Assembly (NCBI GenBank): GCA_963822445.1
Contig: CAWGHO010000001.1
Location: forward strand, 512,001-576,000
Origin: an uncultured Acidobacteriota bacterium
Lineage (GTDB): Bacteria > Acidobacteriota > Thermoanaerobaculia > Gp7-AA8
Direction of reading: 5' to 3'
Length of the DNA stretch: 64,000 bases
Position 1 is the first letter of the stretch. Each line of letters starts with the position of its first letter. Of the stretch, positions 1 through 9,669 are shown one piece after another. The notes beneath the pieces are model-generated. The model was not told where the DNA came from. It searched no databases and saw nothing but the letters and a program-made list of their open reading frames with translations. The translations under genes and the position numbers were made by a program.

Positions 1-1509
1 CAACCGGATCAGGTACTCCTTCTCGAACAACTCCAGGGTGTGACTCGGCAGAGCAAGTCCGAGATCTGCCACAGCCGTCGGGAGTCGCACGCGGCCGCCC
101 ACCGACGAAGCCACGGCGATGCGACGCAACAGATCCAGCTCTGCGGGCTGCAACTCGCCGCGCCGCACGTCCTCCTTCAATCTCCGGATTTGGCTGTCCA
201 GCGTCTTGCCGAGGGCTTCGCCCTTCGTGACGAGATACGTGAATTCCATGAGCGGGCCGGCTCCGCCGAACTTCGTCCAGGCGTCCGCGAAATCGAGGAA
301 CTCTCCCGAGACCTCACGGCGCTGGAGATCAGCGAACACGAGCGCCGCTTCCTCTTTATCGAGCGCGAGATCGATCTCCGCGGCGGACAGCGTCACGCCG
401 GCGTTTTTCGCCCGTGTCCAATCCTCCTCTCGGATCGTGACGAGCACCTGTACATCCTCCAAGTCTCGGATGCCATCGACGACCTGCGCCCATGCGGTTG
501 CACGCGGCGTTGCGTCCAACCAGACCATCGTCCGGACGCCGATCCGCGCGTGAGCCTGCAGCGCCAGAATCACGTTGCGCGCATGGCGGATGTCCTGCAA
601 TTCGGCGATCTCGAAGCGCCACGTCGATGGCGGCGCTTCCAGGAGATACCGGCAGGCCAGCGCGGTCTTTCCCTGTCCGGATGCTCCGTGGATCACCACG
701 ACGTTCGACGCCTGGAAGCCGCTCTCGATCGCCCTCAGCTTCGCGTCGCGCCGGACATCCACGCCCGCAAGCACGTGATCGAAGCGCGCGGAAACACCGT
801 CGTAAAACTGCTGCGCGAGTTTTTCGCGTTCGGTGGCGTCGATCTCACGCTCGATCAGCGGACGAATGGTCCGGAACCATTCTTCGTGATGCGCCGCCTC
901 CTCGGCGATGTACTGGCCAACGGCGAGCAGTCGCGCCTGAACGTCGGCCGCCGTCACGCGCCGCCGATCCTCCGTCGCGCGAGCCAGCCATCCGCTGAGA
1001 TAGAGAAACGCCACATCGGCATTCGCGCTCGTTACGGTGGCGGAAAGCTGATCGAGCACAACTCGCTCGATGTCCGCTTCGCTCACTTCAGTAACGCGGA
1101 AGGCTGCGGAAAACGCATCGGCCTCGCCGGCATCGAGCCCATACACCTTCAGCGCGTCACGCGCATCGTCAGATGGGCTTTCGAGGAGACGAAGGCTCAG
1201 GCCGACGTCACCGAAGCTGACGACATGCTGGAGCGATTCAGGCGCACTCCGCAGGCGTTCTTTGGCGCGGATGAAGAAGGAGTCGTCCTTGCTTCGCAAC
1301 CTGGAAGGCGTCAGCGGTGCGCTCTCGCGCGCCTTGACCTGGATGGCCTCGATCAGGTGGCCGCTCTCATCGAAAATCTCGAGATCTTCCGTACCCTCGA
1401 GCTGAATGCTGTATCGCTCCCGCGAGGCGTCCGTCAGCAGCCGGAAGAGCGCGTACAGATGCTGACGTCGGAAACCCCGTAGCGCGGGCGGCGCACCGGC
1501 AAGTGTCAT
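1..1509 (-). CDS. PD-(D/E)xK (Cap4/DUF4297-like) nuclease fused to STAND P-loop NTPase, Avs-like; runs off the left edge
   Basis: Not in the ORF track; translated by hand from ATG 1509: MTLAGAPPALRGFRRQHLYAL...EGTEDLEI...EAIQVK (nuclease motif), Walker A HGASGQGKT (690-664), Walker B-like MVWLD, VLVTIREEDW, GPLMEF. ATGA overlap with the upstream gene. Confidence 0.8.
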   Translation of the reverse strand, partial: MTLAGAPPALRGFRRQHLYALFRLLTDASRERYSIQLEGTEDLEIFDESGHLIEAIQVKARESAPLTPSRLRSKDDSFFIRAKERLRSAPESLQHVVSFGDVGLSLRLLESPSDDARDALKVYGLDAGEADAFSAAFRVTEVSEADIERVVLDQLSATVTSANADVAFLYLSGWLARATEDRRRVTAADVQARLLAVGQYIAEEAAHHEEWFRTIRPLIEREIDATEREKLAQQFYDGVSARFDHVLAGVDVRRDAKLRAIESGFQASNVVVIHGASGQGKTALACRYLLEAPPSTWRFEIAELQDIRHARNVILALQAHARIGVRTMVWLDATPRATAWAQVVDGIRDLEDVQVLVTIREEDWTRAKNAGVTLSAAEIDLALDKEEAALVFADLQRREVSGEFLDFADAWTKFGGAGPLMEFTYLVTKGEALGKTLDSQIRRLKEDVRRGELQPAELDLLRRIAVASSVGGRVRLPTAVADLGLALPSHTLELFEKEYLIRL

Positions 1510-3299
1510 CGGCCCTGCCCCTCCTCGATGCGGCCAAATACCACCACACACTTGAGCAGCAGCCACCAAGCATAGACGGCGGTCTCACCGTAGAACGCAC
1601 TCGTTTCCAACAATCCGTGCGCCAGATCGTTGCGGAGATTTCCGCCGAAGCGATTGACGAATACCGCGGTCATGGTGAAGACCAGATCCTCACCGAGGAT
1701 CTTTGTAGTCTGAGGATCGCGCAGCACGGCGTTGAGATCCGGAAGCTCCTCGTATCCCTGTTTCGTCCACGCAACCGGCACTTTGCCGGATCGCACGAGC
1801 AGGATCCGGATCGAATGCTCGACCTGCGGCACGAGCACGTGCGTAGCGGTGAGGAAGTCGCCCATCATTCCGGCTTGAAGACCAAGCGCCCAGATCGACT
1901 CCCGGCTTCGCGGAATGAATTCGCTGAGCGACGCGAGTCTCAGAAACGGTTGCGCGGTGATCACATGCTCATGAACGATCTGATCCCGAGCGGGATCGAT
2001 GAACCCGAAAACGGTAACTACACGGCGTTGGCGAAGATCTTTGAACATTCGTGACTTGAGGGCGTGGTTGGCTTCGTCAGCATCCGGATTGAGCGGGCCG
2101 AAACCGGCGAGCGGCGCACCTTCGTCGTTCACCAGGACGGTGGGAAAGAGCTGATCCGAAATGAATGTCTTCGCGCTCTCGAGTACATCCTTGCGTAGCG
2201 CATCGACCGACGGAATCGGCAGGATGTCCGTGAGAGCAACGATGGCCTCGTCGAGAGAGAGACCTGCCACTCGTTTCCTCGCCGCGGCGACGCATTCGGT
2301 GACGTCCACCTTCCCGCCGATCGGCTTCATCTCACTCACGCCGCGGCGCTGCAGTTCTTTGTACCGCGCGAGAAGTGAAGAGACGCGATCCTTCTGATTC
2401 TGGAGGCGCCTCAAGGCAGCGATTCCGTGGCCATACATCGTTGCCGCAACACCGAAATCAGGAGACGCCGACGTCGCGACGAGTTCTCCTTCCTGAATGT
2501 ATGTCTCCCCGAAACCGGCGCGGGCCGCGTTTTCGGCAGCGTCGTCGTGACTCATGCGATGCCATTCGGCAGCAACGATCCAGCGCTGACGCGCAACGTG
2601 GTATTTAGATCGATCGCCCTGCGCGGCCTCTTCCTCGGCCCGCCGCGCGCCCTTCTCCGCAAGGGCAGCATAGGTTGTGGCGTCGCCACCTGCTCGCGTT
2701 TCGATCAATGCCTCCATCAACTTCACGGAGAGAAACCGAGGATCCTCGCCATTGAGCCGTCGCAGCAACTCATCCACCGCACTGACGACCTGTTGGAAGA
2801 GTGGGCCGCGACCCAGGCGCGCCGCAAGGCGCAGCGCGCGATTGTAGTAATCCGCCGTCGCCATCCAGCTTTCGTCGTTCTCGTGCTCTTTCGCAAGCTT
2901 CACGTATGCATCGACGGCACGCCGCGCGTACGTGTGATCGGATCTCGCTAGCCAGACGTAGTCCGCCAGCCTCGCCAGCGCCGCCGGCCGATCCACACGC
3001 TCGACGAGCGTCTTCAGCAGCTCGACCTGGGGATCGGTCAAGGTCTTGGGGTTCACCCAAAACGTATTCGCCTCCATCCCGCTCTCTCTGAGCGCTCCGA
3101 CGGAAGGGAAGAACACCCGCGCGACGAGTCGAATCCACTCCTCGAGTGCTGCATCCTCTCTTTCCTGCGCCACTCGAACCAGCGGAAAGAGGGCGGACGA
3201 ATACTTCATGGCCTCGTCCTCGCCCGCACCTGTGATGGCGGCGAGGATCAGGCGTACTTCATCATCTGTCAGTGGCCGCAGGTTGGGTTCGTTCGGCAA
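1506..3299 (-). CDS. DUF4209-type protein: helical/TPR-like N-terminus, C-terminal HEPN-like RNase motif
   Basis: 597-aa ORF; C-terminal VLVPQVEHSIR...GGNLRNDLAHG (Rx4H) as in DUF4209 proteins. Confidence 0.75.
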   Translation of the reverse strand: MPNEPNLRPLTDDEVRLILAAITGAGEDEAMKYSSALFPLVRVAQEREDAALEEWIRLVARVFFPSVGALRESGMEANTFWVNPKTLTDPQVELLKTLVERVDRPAALARLADYVWLARSDHTYARRAVDAYVKLAKEHENDESWMATADYYNRALRLAARLGRGPLFQQVVSAVDELLRRLNGEDPRFLSVKLMEALIETRAGGDATTYAALAEKGARRAEEEAAQGDRSKYHVARQRWIVAAEWHRMSHDDAAENAARAGFGETYIQEGELVATSASPDFGVAATMYGHGIAALRRLQNQKDRVSSLLARYKELQRRGVSEMKPIGGKVDVTECVAAARKRVAGLSLDEAIVALTDILPIPSVDALRKDVLESAKTFISDQLFPTVLVNDEGAPLAGFGPLNPDADEANHALKSRMFKDLRQRRVVTVFGFIDPARDQIVHEHVITAQPFLRLASLSEFIPRSRESIWALGLQAGMMGDFLTATHVLVPQVEHSIRILLVRSGKVPVAWTKQGYEELPDLNAVLRDPQTTKILGEDLVFTMTAVFVNRFGGNLRNDLAHGLLETSAFYGETAVYAWWLLLKCVVVFGRIEEGQGR

Positions 3300-3339
3300 G
3301 CGTCGTAGTGTCGCCGATTCGCAACGCCTATGGCAGCCT

Positions 3340-3537
3340 GAAGAATCGCTAGCGCTCGAAGCCGACGGTCCGCAGCCGGCGCTCTACACGTGGCTCTCCG
3401 CGATCCTCCTCCGGCGGCTGTTGTTGAACGCTCGTAGGGCCGATCCCGTCGCGGCGCTGGTCATGCTGCCGATCATCGCGCGCGATCGCCTCGAAGGCAT
3501 CCCCGGCGAGCGCTGCAACGATGGCTGCGGGGACTAA
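3340..3537 (+). pseudogene. Degraded C-terminal fragment of a cation-efflux (CDF)-type membrane protein
   Basis: SLALEADG...YTWLSAILL..LLLNA..ADPVAALVMLPII...GERCNDGC resembles the end of small CDF transporters; no start, N-terminus missing. Confidence 0.5.
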
Positions 3538-3594
3538 AAAGACGTGCGGACGAGCTGGGATGAGTCCGTGCCACGGAAGGTGTTCTAGTGTCGT

Positions 3595-4437
3595 ATGGCG
3601 ACGACGAAACCTGCAGTGATCAAGCAGACGCTGCTTGAAAATGCTCTCGATCACGTGCGCGAGGGAATCGAACGGTTTTTCTCCGACGAACAGCCGAGTA
3701 CCGGCGCACACAAGTTCGGACTGAGCGATCTCTACACCGGCGTGTTGCTGCTGCTGAAAGAGCGACTGCGGCGCACGGACCCGGCGTTGATCCTCCAGCC
3801 GTCGAAGAAGAACCCGAACAAAACGGTCGACTTCCACGAGCTGCTCAAACGGCTGGAGAGCGATGCAGGAGTGACGCTCGATCCAACCGACCGCACGATG
3901 CTGGAGACCGTGCGCGAGTTGCGTAACCCGATCGAGCACGGCGAAGTAACGCTCACGGTCTCGGATGCGGAGCAAATGATCGCCGGGATGACATCGTTCG
4001 CGTATCTGTTCGCGCGAGATGAACTAGCGGTCGCTCTGGAGACGGAGCTCGACTCAACGGCGTTCTTCCGTGTCTCCCACCTCAGAAAAGTCTCCGAGCG
4101 GCTGAACAAAGAGTTCGCCGAATACATGGAGCAGTGGTGGAAAGACCTCGCAGCGAAGTACACGAAGATGTCGAAGAAGAAGGTCCTGGCGCTGCGTGAC
4201 GTGGAGCCGTACCACCCGAAGCACAAACCTGATGCTGAGGAGATTTACATTTGCCCGGCTTGCGGTGAAGAAACCGTCGTGAAGGTCGAGGAAGGCGCTG
4301 CGAGGTTCTGCACCAATCCGGACTGTCGTGAGCTGTACTCGTCGAAGACATGCGAGCGGTGCGGAGAGCCGACGTTCGACGATGATGCGATCCTCTGCGA
4401 CGGTTGCTCCGACCATGTTTTTGGAGGAGACGACTGA
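3595..4437 (+). CDS. HEPN-like domain plus C-terminal zinc-ribbon protein
   Basis: LLENALD...LLLKERL...ELRNPIEHG (Rx4H); CPAC, CTNPDC, CERC, CDGC. Confidence 0.7.
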   Translation: MATTKPAVIKQTLLENALDHVREGIERFFSDEQPSTGAHKFGLSDLYTGVLLLLKERLRRTDPALILQPSKKNPNKTVDFHELLKRLESDAGVTLDPTDRTMLETVRELRNPIEHGEVTLTVSDAEQMIAGMTSFAYLFARDELAVALETELDSTAFFRVSHLRKVSERLNKEFAEYMEQWWKDLAAKYTKMSKKKVLALRDVEPYHPKHKPDAEEIYICPACGEETVVKVEEGAARFCTNPDCRELYSSKTCERCGEPTFDDDAILCDGCSDHVFGGDD

Positions 4438-5046
4438 ATGATGCTCGTGAAGCTCGATAGCGCCCCGGCATCGGTTCAGAAAGCGCTCGCCCGGCTGTAC
4501 CGCCGGCTTGGTGTGCATGATGTTGTAGTCGTGCCAGTGAAGCCGGAGTTGGATGCCGAATTTGACGAATGCTTCGCGGCCGTCCAGAAGAAGATCGGCC
4601 GCGATGGCGGCAAGCCCGTGTACGGTTGGGCGATTCACGCCAATCCAATCCTCGTCCAGGCGGAATGTCATGCCGTTTGGCAGGCGCCAACTGGCGAACT
4701 CGTGGACGTCACGCCGAAACGCAACGATGCGCACGCAACCTCGTTCGTCGCTGACCCACAGATTTCAGATGACGGTCGACAGCGCAATAACGTACGCTTG
4801 CCTGTGTACGAGAACGATGTAATCGTCAGTCGGTTCATCCGGGTCTGTGACGAAATCTTCGAGGTTATGAACCGCGGCGATCGCGCGGAGCAACTCGGCG
4901 CGATGATGATCCCTGCGGCGGAAATCGCGCCGCTGGTGCGTAAGCAAGAGATGTTGGAGACTCGCATGAGCGAGCGACCCTTCGGACCCGACGAACCGTG
5001 CGTATGCGGCAGCTCGCGCAAGCTGAAGAAGTGCTGCGGCATTTGA
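4438..5046 (+). CDS. SEC-C motif protein with putative Cys-His-Asp N-terminal domain
   Basis: C-terminal PCVCGSSRKLKKCC; ECF / HAVW / DVTP motifs; starts immediately after the upstream stop. Confidence 0.7.
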   Translation: MMLVKLDSAPASVQKALARLYRRLGVHDVVVVPVKPELDAEFDECFAAVQKKIGRDGGKPVYGWAIHANPILVQAECHAVWQAPTGELVDVTPKRNDAHATSFVADPQISDDGRQRNNVRLPVYENDVIVSRFIRVCDEIFEVMNRGDRAEQLGAMMIPAAEIAPLVRKQEMLETRMSERPFGPDEPCVCGSSRKLKKCCGI

Positions 5047-5407
5047 AACTCGCGAGGCAGGAACACGCCCCAGCTAGAAGTGCGCGGTTGCACGCCACCC
5101 CGGCCTCAAGTGGCGAGCGACCGCGACGAGCGCTAGAGCGGGTTGACAAGCTAGAAGTCCGGCCGATGAGAGCCGTAGTAAAATGTCCGAACGGACCTCT
5201 CATGAGAGAGGTCATAGGTCCGAAGGGGACCTTGCCCGAATCGTTCGGGTATAGCAGCTTGGATAACAGCGAGATCTAAGCAAGGTCGCGTTTCGAGGCT
5301 GTATCGAAACACGGTCTCAGCGAGACGGTCATAGGCTCAACCCCTCCGCGGGCAGCAATGCAACCCCTCAACTCGCCAACCCTCGAAAGAGGTGCTTGGA
5401 GAGAGCT

Positions 5408-5662
5408 ATGGGTGCTGTCAATTTCATTTCGAGCCTTGCTGCTGACCATCCTGTCGTTACCGTCTTCTTCATGATCTTTCTCGGAAACGCGCTCGTCCTC
5501 GGGCTGATGCACGAGATGCGGTTGCTCGGCGAGTGCCTCATCCTCGGCGTCCACCTTTTCAAACATGAGCTGCTCGCATGGCGTGAGTTCCTCCGTCGGC
5601 TGCGGCGGGAGATCACGACGTGGGACACGGGTGAACCTACGGAACGGAATCCCGAGCAGTGA
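5408..5662 (+). CDS. Small hypothetical membrane protein
   Basis: GGAGAG before ATG 5408; hydrophobic segment VVTVFFMIFLGNALVLGLM. Confidence 0.4.
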   Translation: MGAVNFISSLAADHPVVTVFFMIFLGNALVLGLMHEMRLLGECLILGVHLFKHELLAWREFLRRLRREITTWDTGEPTERNPEQ

Positions 5663-5693
5663 CTGCGGCGTTCGCTTCTTCCGGAGAGCAGAC

Positions 5694-6344
5694 ATGAAGA
5701 ATCCGGTTCTCTTCAAGGAATCCGATATTCGCGTTCCGGGGTCCGTCGATCTCTGGAACGGGTGGGATGCGGCCGTGGAGTTCGGGATGTACGCGGAGAA
5801 CTTTCAGGCCACGGCGCGGGCACTCGTTCACGAGTTGATGGCCGATGAGACGTTCATGCGATCTGCCTCTGCTCGCGCGAGTTTCCGCGCGTATCCGGCG
5901 TTCTACAACTATCGCCACGCGCTTGAACTGGCGCTCAAAGGCATCATCGTCGCGGGCGCGGACCTTCTCGAGTACGACGGCACGCCGATGAACGAGAAGG
6001 CGGTCTACCAGAATCACAGCTTCGGGATGTTGCGGACGGATCTCGAGCGGACCTTCGAACTGATCGGCTGGGAGTGGGACCTCGGCATTGCTGGATTCAA
6101 AACGGTCGAGGACTTCCGGGCGCTCCTGTCTGAGCTCGACGAGTTCGACGCAAAGTCCACGCTCTGGCGCTACCCCGTGACCGTGAAAGGTACCGCTTCG
6201 ATGGAGATACAGCGGTGCGTGAATCTCATCGAGTTCGCGAACACGATGGAAGCGCTGCTCGACGTTCTGGCCGACGTGCCGAGCATCGTGAAAGACGAAG
6301 TCGACCAGTACATGAGCTACGTCGCCGACGTAGCCGGATATTGA
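5694..6344 (+). CDS. HEPN-fold-like hypothetical protein
   Basis: GGAGAG RBS; YPAFYNYRHALELALK ... H ... D..STLWRYP pattern typical of stand-alone HEPN-like proteins. Confidence 0.65.
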   Translation: MKNPVLFKESDIRVPGSVDLWNGWDAAVEFGMYAENFQATARALVHELMADETFMRSASARASFRAYPAFYNYRHALELALKGIIVAGADLLEYDGTPMNEKAVYQNHSFGMLRTDLERTFELIGWEWDLGIAGFKTVEDFRALLSELDEFDAKSTLWRYPVTVKGTASMEIQRCVNLIEFANTMEALLDVLADVPSIVKDEVDQYMSYVADVAGY

Positions 6345-6454
6345 GCCGCTGCTCGACTGCGCCGCGCGCCCGGTCGGCCATCGCCAACGCGAAGCGCGTC
6401 GCGACGTAGCCGGGCGGCGGAACAGCATCACGACTGCGGTCGGAACCACGCGCG

Positions 6455-6805
6455 TCAAGTGTCGAGCGACGATGACGACCGCTTGCCATGTCGACGTCGC
6501 GCCATGGTTCGCCACCGCGCCATGCGTTCGCCCCGCGGCAGCATGCGCCCGATGTTCGGACGGATGCATGCGACCGTCGCGCGGATGAAGGCCATGCGCG
6601 GGTTATCCGCCGTGATGAGCAGGTCCGGCACCTCGTGCGGCTCGTAGCCGACGTCGGCTGCGGCCTGCATCAGCGCGTCCGCGGCGTGCCACATGGCGAT
6701 GAAGTCGCCGAAAGGCAACAAGCCGAAGCGGTCGCAGAAGTAGGTGTAATCGATCAGGAGTCGCGGAGCGAACGGGTCAACCTTCACGCGATCCACTCTA
6801 AGCAA
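6455..6805 (-). CDS. Hypothetical protein (ends uncertain)
   Basis: Protein-like composition in the N-terminal two thirds; no recognised motif. Confidence 0.35.
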   Translation of the reverse strand: MLRVDRVKVDPFAPRLLIDYTYFCDRFGLLPFGDFIAMWHAADALMQAAADVGYEPHEVPDLLITADNPRMAFIRATVACIRPNIGRMLPRGERMARWRTMARRRHGKRSSSSLDT

Positions 6806-6897
6806 GGTGTGGCCGAAATGAGCAAAATGCTACCCATTGGAGAGGCACAGGGTTGTAGCGCGATGCGACGCCGGCGTGCGGCGTCGCATCGGAACCG

Positions 6898-7041
6898 CTA
6901 GGTGCTGAGCATGTGATGCAGTTCGTTGATCCGCGCGATCGCGCGGCGAAGATACTCGCGGACCTTCTTGCTGCCGGAGCGGCGCCGTGCAGCCTCGAGG
7001 TCGCGGAGTGCGAGTTGGAGCAGCCACAGTGTGTCGTCCAT
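6898..7041 (-). CDS. 47-aa helical microprotein (below the ORF-track cut-off)
   Basis: GGAG RBS then MDDTLWLLQLALRDLEAARRRSGSKKVREYLRRAIARINELHHMLST*, 12 bp after the amidase stop. Confidence 0.55.
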   Translation of the reverse strand: MDDTLWLLQLALRDLEAARRRSGSKKVREYLRRAIARINELHHMLST

Positions 7042-7053
7042 GGTGGCGCTCCA

Positions 7054-7713
7054 TCACGATGCGAGGCGGATCCCCGCCGCTTCGATCTTCTCGTAAACCC
7101 ACTGCGGCAGACAGAGGTCGGTCTTGTCGGTGCGGCAGTTGGAGTGACAGATGATCGTCGCGACCTGGAAGCATCGCGGGAAGTCGTACGTGGTGGACGG
7201 GTAGTAGAAGACGGGCTCGATCTTGTGGCGCTTGCAGATGTCGAGCGTGAGCTCGATCCCCGCGTCGACTTGCGGCTCGTCGAGCTGCGCGAAGAAGTTG
7301 AAGCCGCGCCAGTCGTGCGTGATGAACGGGCCGTTGTAGACGGTGTTCGGCGTGTTCATGCCGAATGCGTACAGGCGATCGCCGTCCAGGTCGAGCGGGC
7401 CTTCGTTCGCGAACTCGATCGCGACCGATTGCTTGTCGTAGGCGCCCTTCGTGCCCTTCAGCCCGAGATGGTAAATCCACCCGGAGTCGTTGAAGGTCTC
7501 GAAGACCGTGCCGTCGCGATCGACGAGCCACGGAGCGCCGACGCGATCCGCGGTGAGGTTCCAGCCGTCGATGGACGTCGTGGCCTTGCCGGGACGTCCG
7601 GAGACGGGCGTGTGCATCGTGCGGCCGGCCGTGCCGTGCCAGACGACGAATTTTTTGGCGGTGAGATCGGGAAAGTATTGGCCTTTCTTGAGCGGGTATT
7701 GCTGGACGTTCAT
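7054..7713 (-). CDS. N-acetylmuramoyl-L-alanine amidase (Amidase_2 family)
   Basis: VVWHGTAG, WLVDRDGTV, WIYHLG, SVAIEFANEG, ICHS...KTD zinc-amidase motifs; GGAGAG RBS; no signal peptide. Confidence 0.8.
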   Translation of the reverse strand: MNVQQYPLKKGQYFPDLTAKKFVVWHGTAGRTMHTPVSGRPGKATTSIDGWNLTADRVGAPWLVDRDGTVFETFNDSGWIYHLGLKGTKGAYDKQSVAIEFANEGPLDLDGDRLYAFGMNTPNTVYNGPFITHDWRGFNFFAQLDEPQVDAGIELTLDICKRHKIEPVFYYPSTTYDFPRCFQVATIICHSNCRTDKTDLCLPQWVYEKIEAAGIRLAS

Positions 7714-7762
7714 GGTCTCTCTCCGAAGAGGTGGAGCGCGCGCGAACGCGCGCCCCACCGGG

Positions 7763-8032
7763 TCAACTGCGTGAAGCGTCAGAGATCACGGCCGGCCTTG
7801 AAGTTGCGGCCGGTGTTCTTCCCCTTCGCGGTGCGGATGATCCTGCCCCGCCTTGAAGCTGTGGCGGTTCTGGTTCTCCTCGGTGAGTGACCGCGGCGCG
7901 GCGGCGACGCAGCCGCGAAGACGACGGATAGTTGATCGTCTCCACGACCGTGTATTGCGGCCAGCGGCGCGCGTCACGGGCGCTGATGAAGCGGCCGGAC
8001 GAGGCGCTGCGTGCGACCTTGCGCGTGCTCAT
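7763..8032 (-). CDS. Small basic protein (RSASSGRFIS...TVVETI type); 3' part possibly frameshifted
   Basis: ATGA overlap with the upstream gene; MSTRKVARSASSGRFISARDARRWPQYTVVETI. Confidence 0.55.
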   Translation of the reverse strand: MSTRKVARSASSGRFISARDARRWPQYTVVETINYPSSSRLRRRRAAVTHRGEPEPPQLQGGAGSSAPRRGRTPAATSRPAVISDASRS

Positions 8033-8370
8033 TCCTGCTCCGCGAGGTCCTTCCCCGCCTTGAACTGCGCGGTGATCTCGCCGCCGACGGCCGACAGCGA
8101 TTCGAGCGCCTGCGTGAACATGACGATGGCGGCACGCCACGTCGACGGGATGAGCGGGAGCGACGACAGGACGGTGAAGACCGGCCGGATGCCGCGCCAG
8201 ATCTTCAGCACCTTCTGCAGGCGGCCGTTCGGCGTGTCCTGCACGAGGGTGTTCTCCTGCTCCATGTCGACGTTGAGCGCGCGCAGCGTGCGATCGGTCG
8301 AGCGCTTGCTCTTCTCGATCATGGACTTCGACGCTTCGAGGGGATTCAGTTCTTTGGGATTCGTGCTCAT
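8029..8370 (-). CDS. Hypothetical 113-aa helical protein ending FKAGKDLAEQE
   Basis: Strong AAGGAGAGG RBS before ATG 8370; amphipathic helices. Confidence 0.7.
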   Translation of the reverse strand: MSTNPKELNPLEASKSMIEKSKRSTDRTLRALNVDMEQENTLVQDTPNGRLQKVLKIWRGIRPVFTVLSSLPLIPSTWRAAIVMFTQALESLSAVGGEITAQFKAGKDLAEQE

Positions 8371-8429
8371 GTTGATGCCTCTCCTTTCGAGGCAGGTCGG
8401 ATGCTGGTGGATGGGTGAAGAGAAGGCGG

Positions 8430-9588
8430 TCAGCGGGCGGGCCGGCGACGCACGCGCGGCATGCGCGTAGCGACGACGGCGGCGCGCTGGCGCGGCCTTG
8501 GGACGGCGGTGTGTTTGGCGACACACCCGACGACGGCCGGGAACAGGCCCACGTCCGACCAGGCGTCGGCGACGACACGCTGGATCGACGCGCCGTGGCC
8601 GTAAAGCTCGCCGGCGATGTCGACGGTGGCCTGCACGAAGTCCGCGAAGTCAGCCTCGGGCCGGAGCCGTTCGGTGAGCGCGGCGTACCAGATGCGCCCC
8701 AGCACGTTCCCACGTGTCGCCGCCGAGAGTCATCGCGGCGATGTAGAACGCGTGGTTGAGAATGCCGGAGTTGATGTGGACGCCGCCGTTGTCTTCCGTC
8801 GTTTCGACGTAGTCGCGCATGTGCGACGGTTGCGGGTCTTTGCCGAGGACGGGATCGTCGTAGGCAGTGCCCGGAAACGCCATGGACCGCACGGCTACGC
8901 CGTTTACGGCAGGGCCGAAAATCTCCGCGCCGATGAGCCAATCGGACTCGCTTGCGGACTGGCCGAGCAACCACTGCTTGACCATGATCCCGAACGCGTC
9001 GGAAAGGTGCTCGTTGAGCGCACCGGTCTGACCGTGATAGCCGAGAGCCGCGGCGAACTGCGTGAGGCCGTGCGTCAGCTCATGGGCGATCACATCGACG
9101 GATGCGGTGAAGCGCTTGAAGATTCGTCCGTCCGCGTGGCCGTAGACCATCTGGCGGCCGTTCCAGAGCGCGTTCTCGAAGGACGTGCCGTAGTGCACGG
9201 TGGAATCGAGACGCATTCCGCTGCCGTCGATGGAGGAACGCTGAAAGACGCTTGCGAAAAAATCGTACGTCGAGCCGCTCCCGTCGTAAGCCTCGTTGAC
9301 TTCGACGTCCTTGCCGCGCGTCTTGTGCTCGCTCATGACGAGCTTCCCGGGCAGGCGAAGGGTGTGGTTCGCGGAGTAGACGTTCCGCCGTTTTTTCGGA
9401 GTGGTGAGCGTGGCGGCAACCGCGCTCGGTCGTTCGAGGAGCGTTGCGGCGCGACCCGTGGCCAGCTCGCGCATGTGCTCGAGCGTGGCGCGGGCGGTGC
9501 CGCTTGCTTCAGAGGATGTGTGCTCGGCAACCCGCGTCAGGATGTGAGGCGGGATGACGCCGCATATGTACTGCGGTATGTTTCCCAT
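8430..9588 (-). CDS. Protealysin-like M4 metallopeptidase, frameshift near 8700
   Basis: CGVIPPHIL propeptide motif, NALWNG, HELTH, GALNEHLSD, DNGGVHINSG; C-terminus (GRIWYAAL...AWSDVG) lies in another frame. Confidence 0.85.
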
Positions 9589-9669
9589 GACACTGCTGCT
9601 CCTTTGGTCCTAGCAGACGGAGGGGCGTTCGTGTCCGGCCCGAGCCGCGTGCCGCGCGGCTCGGAGTCG

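Noticed and set aside
40-1482. 480-aa plus-strand ORF
   Set aside because: Antisense shadow of the minus-strand nuclease-STAND gene; no motifs of its own
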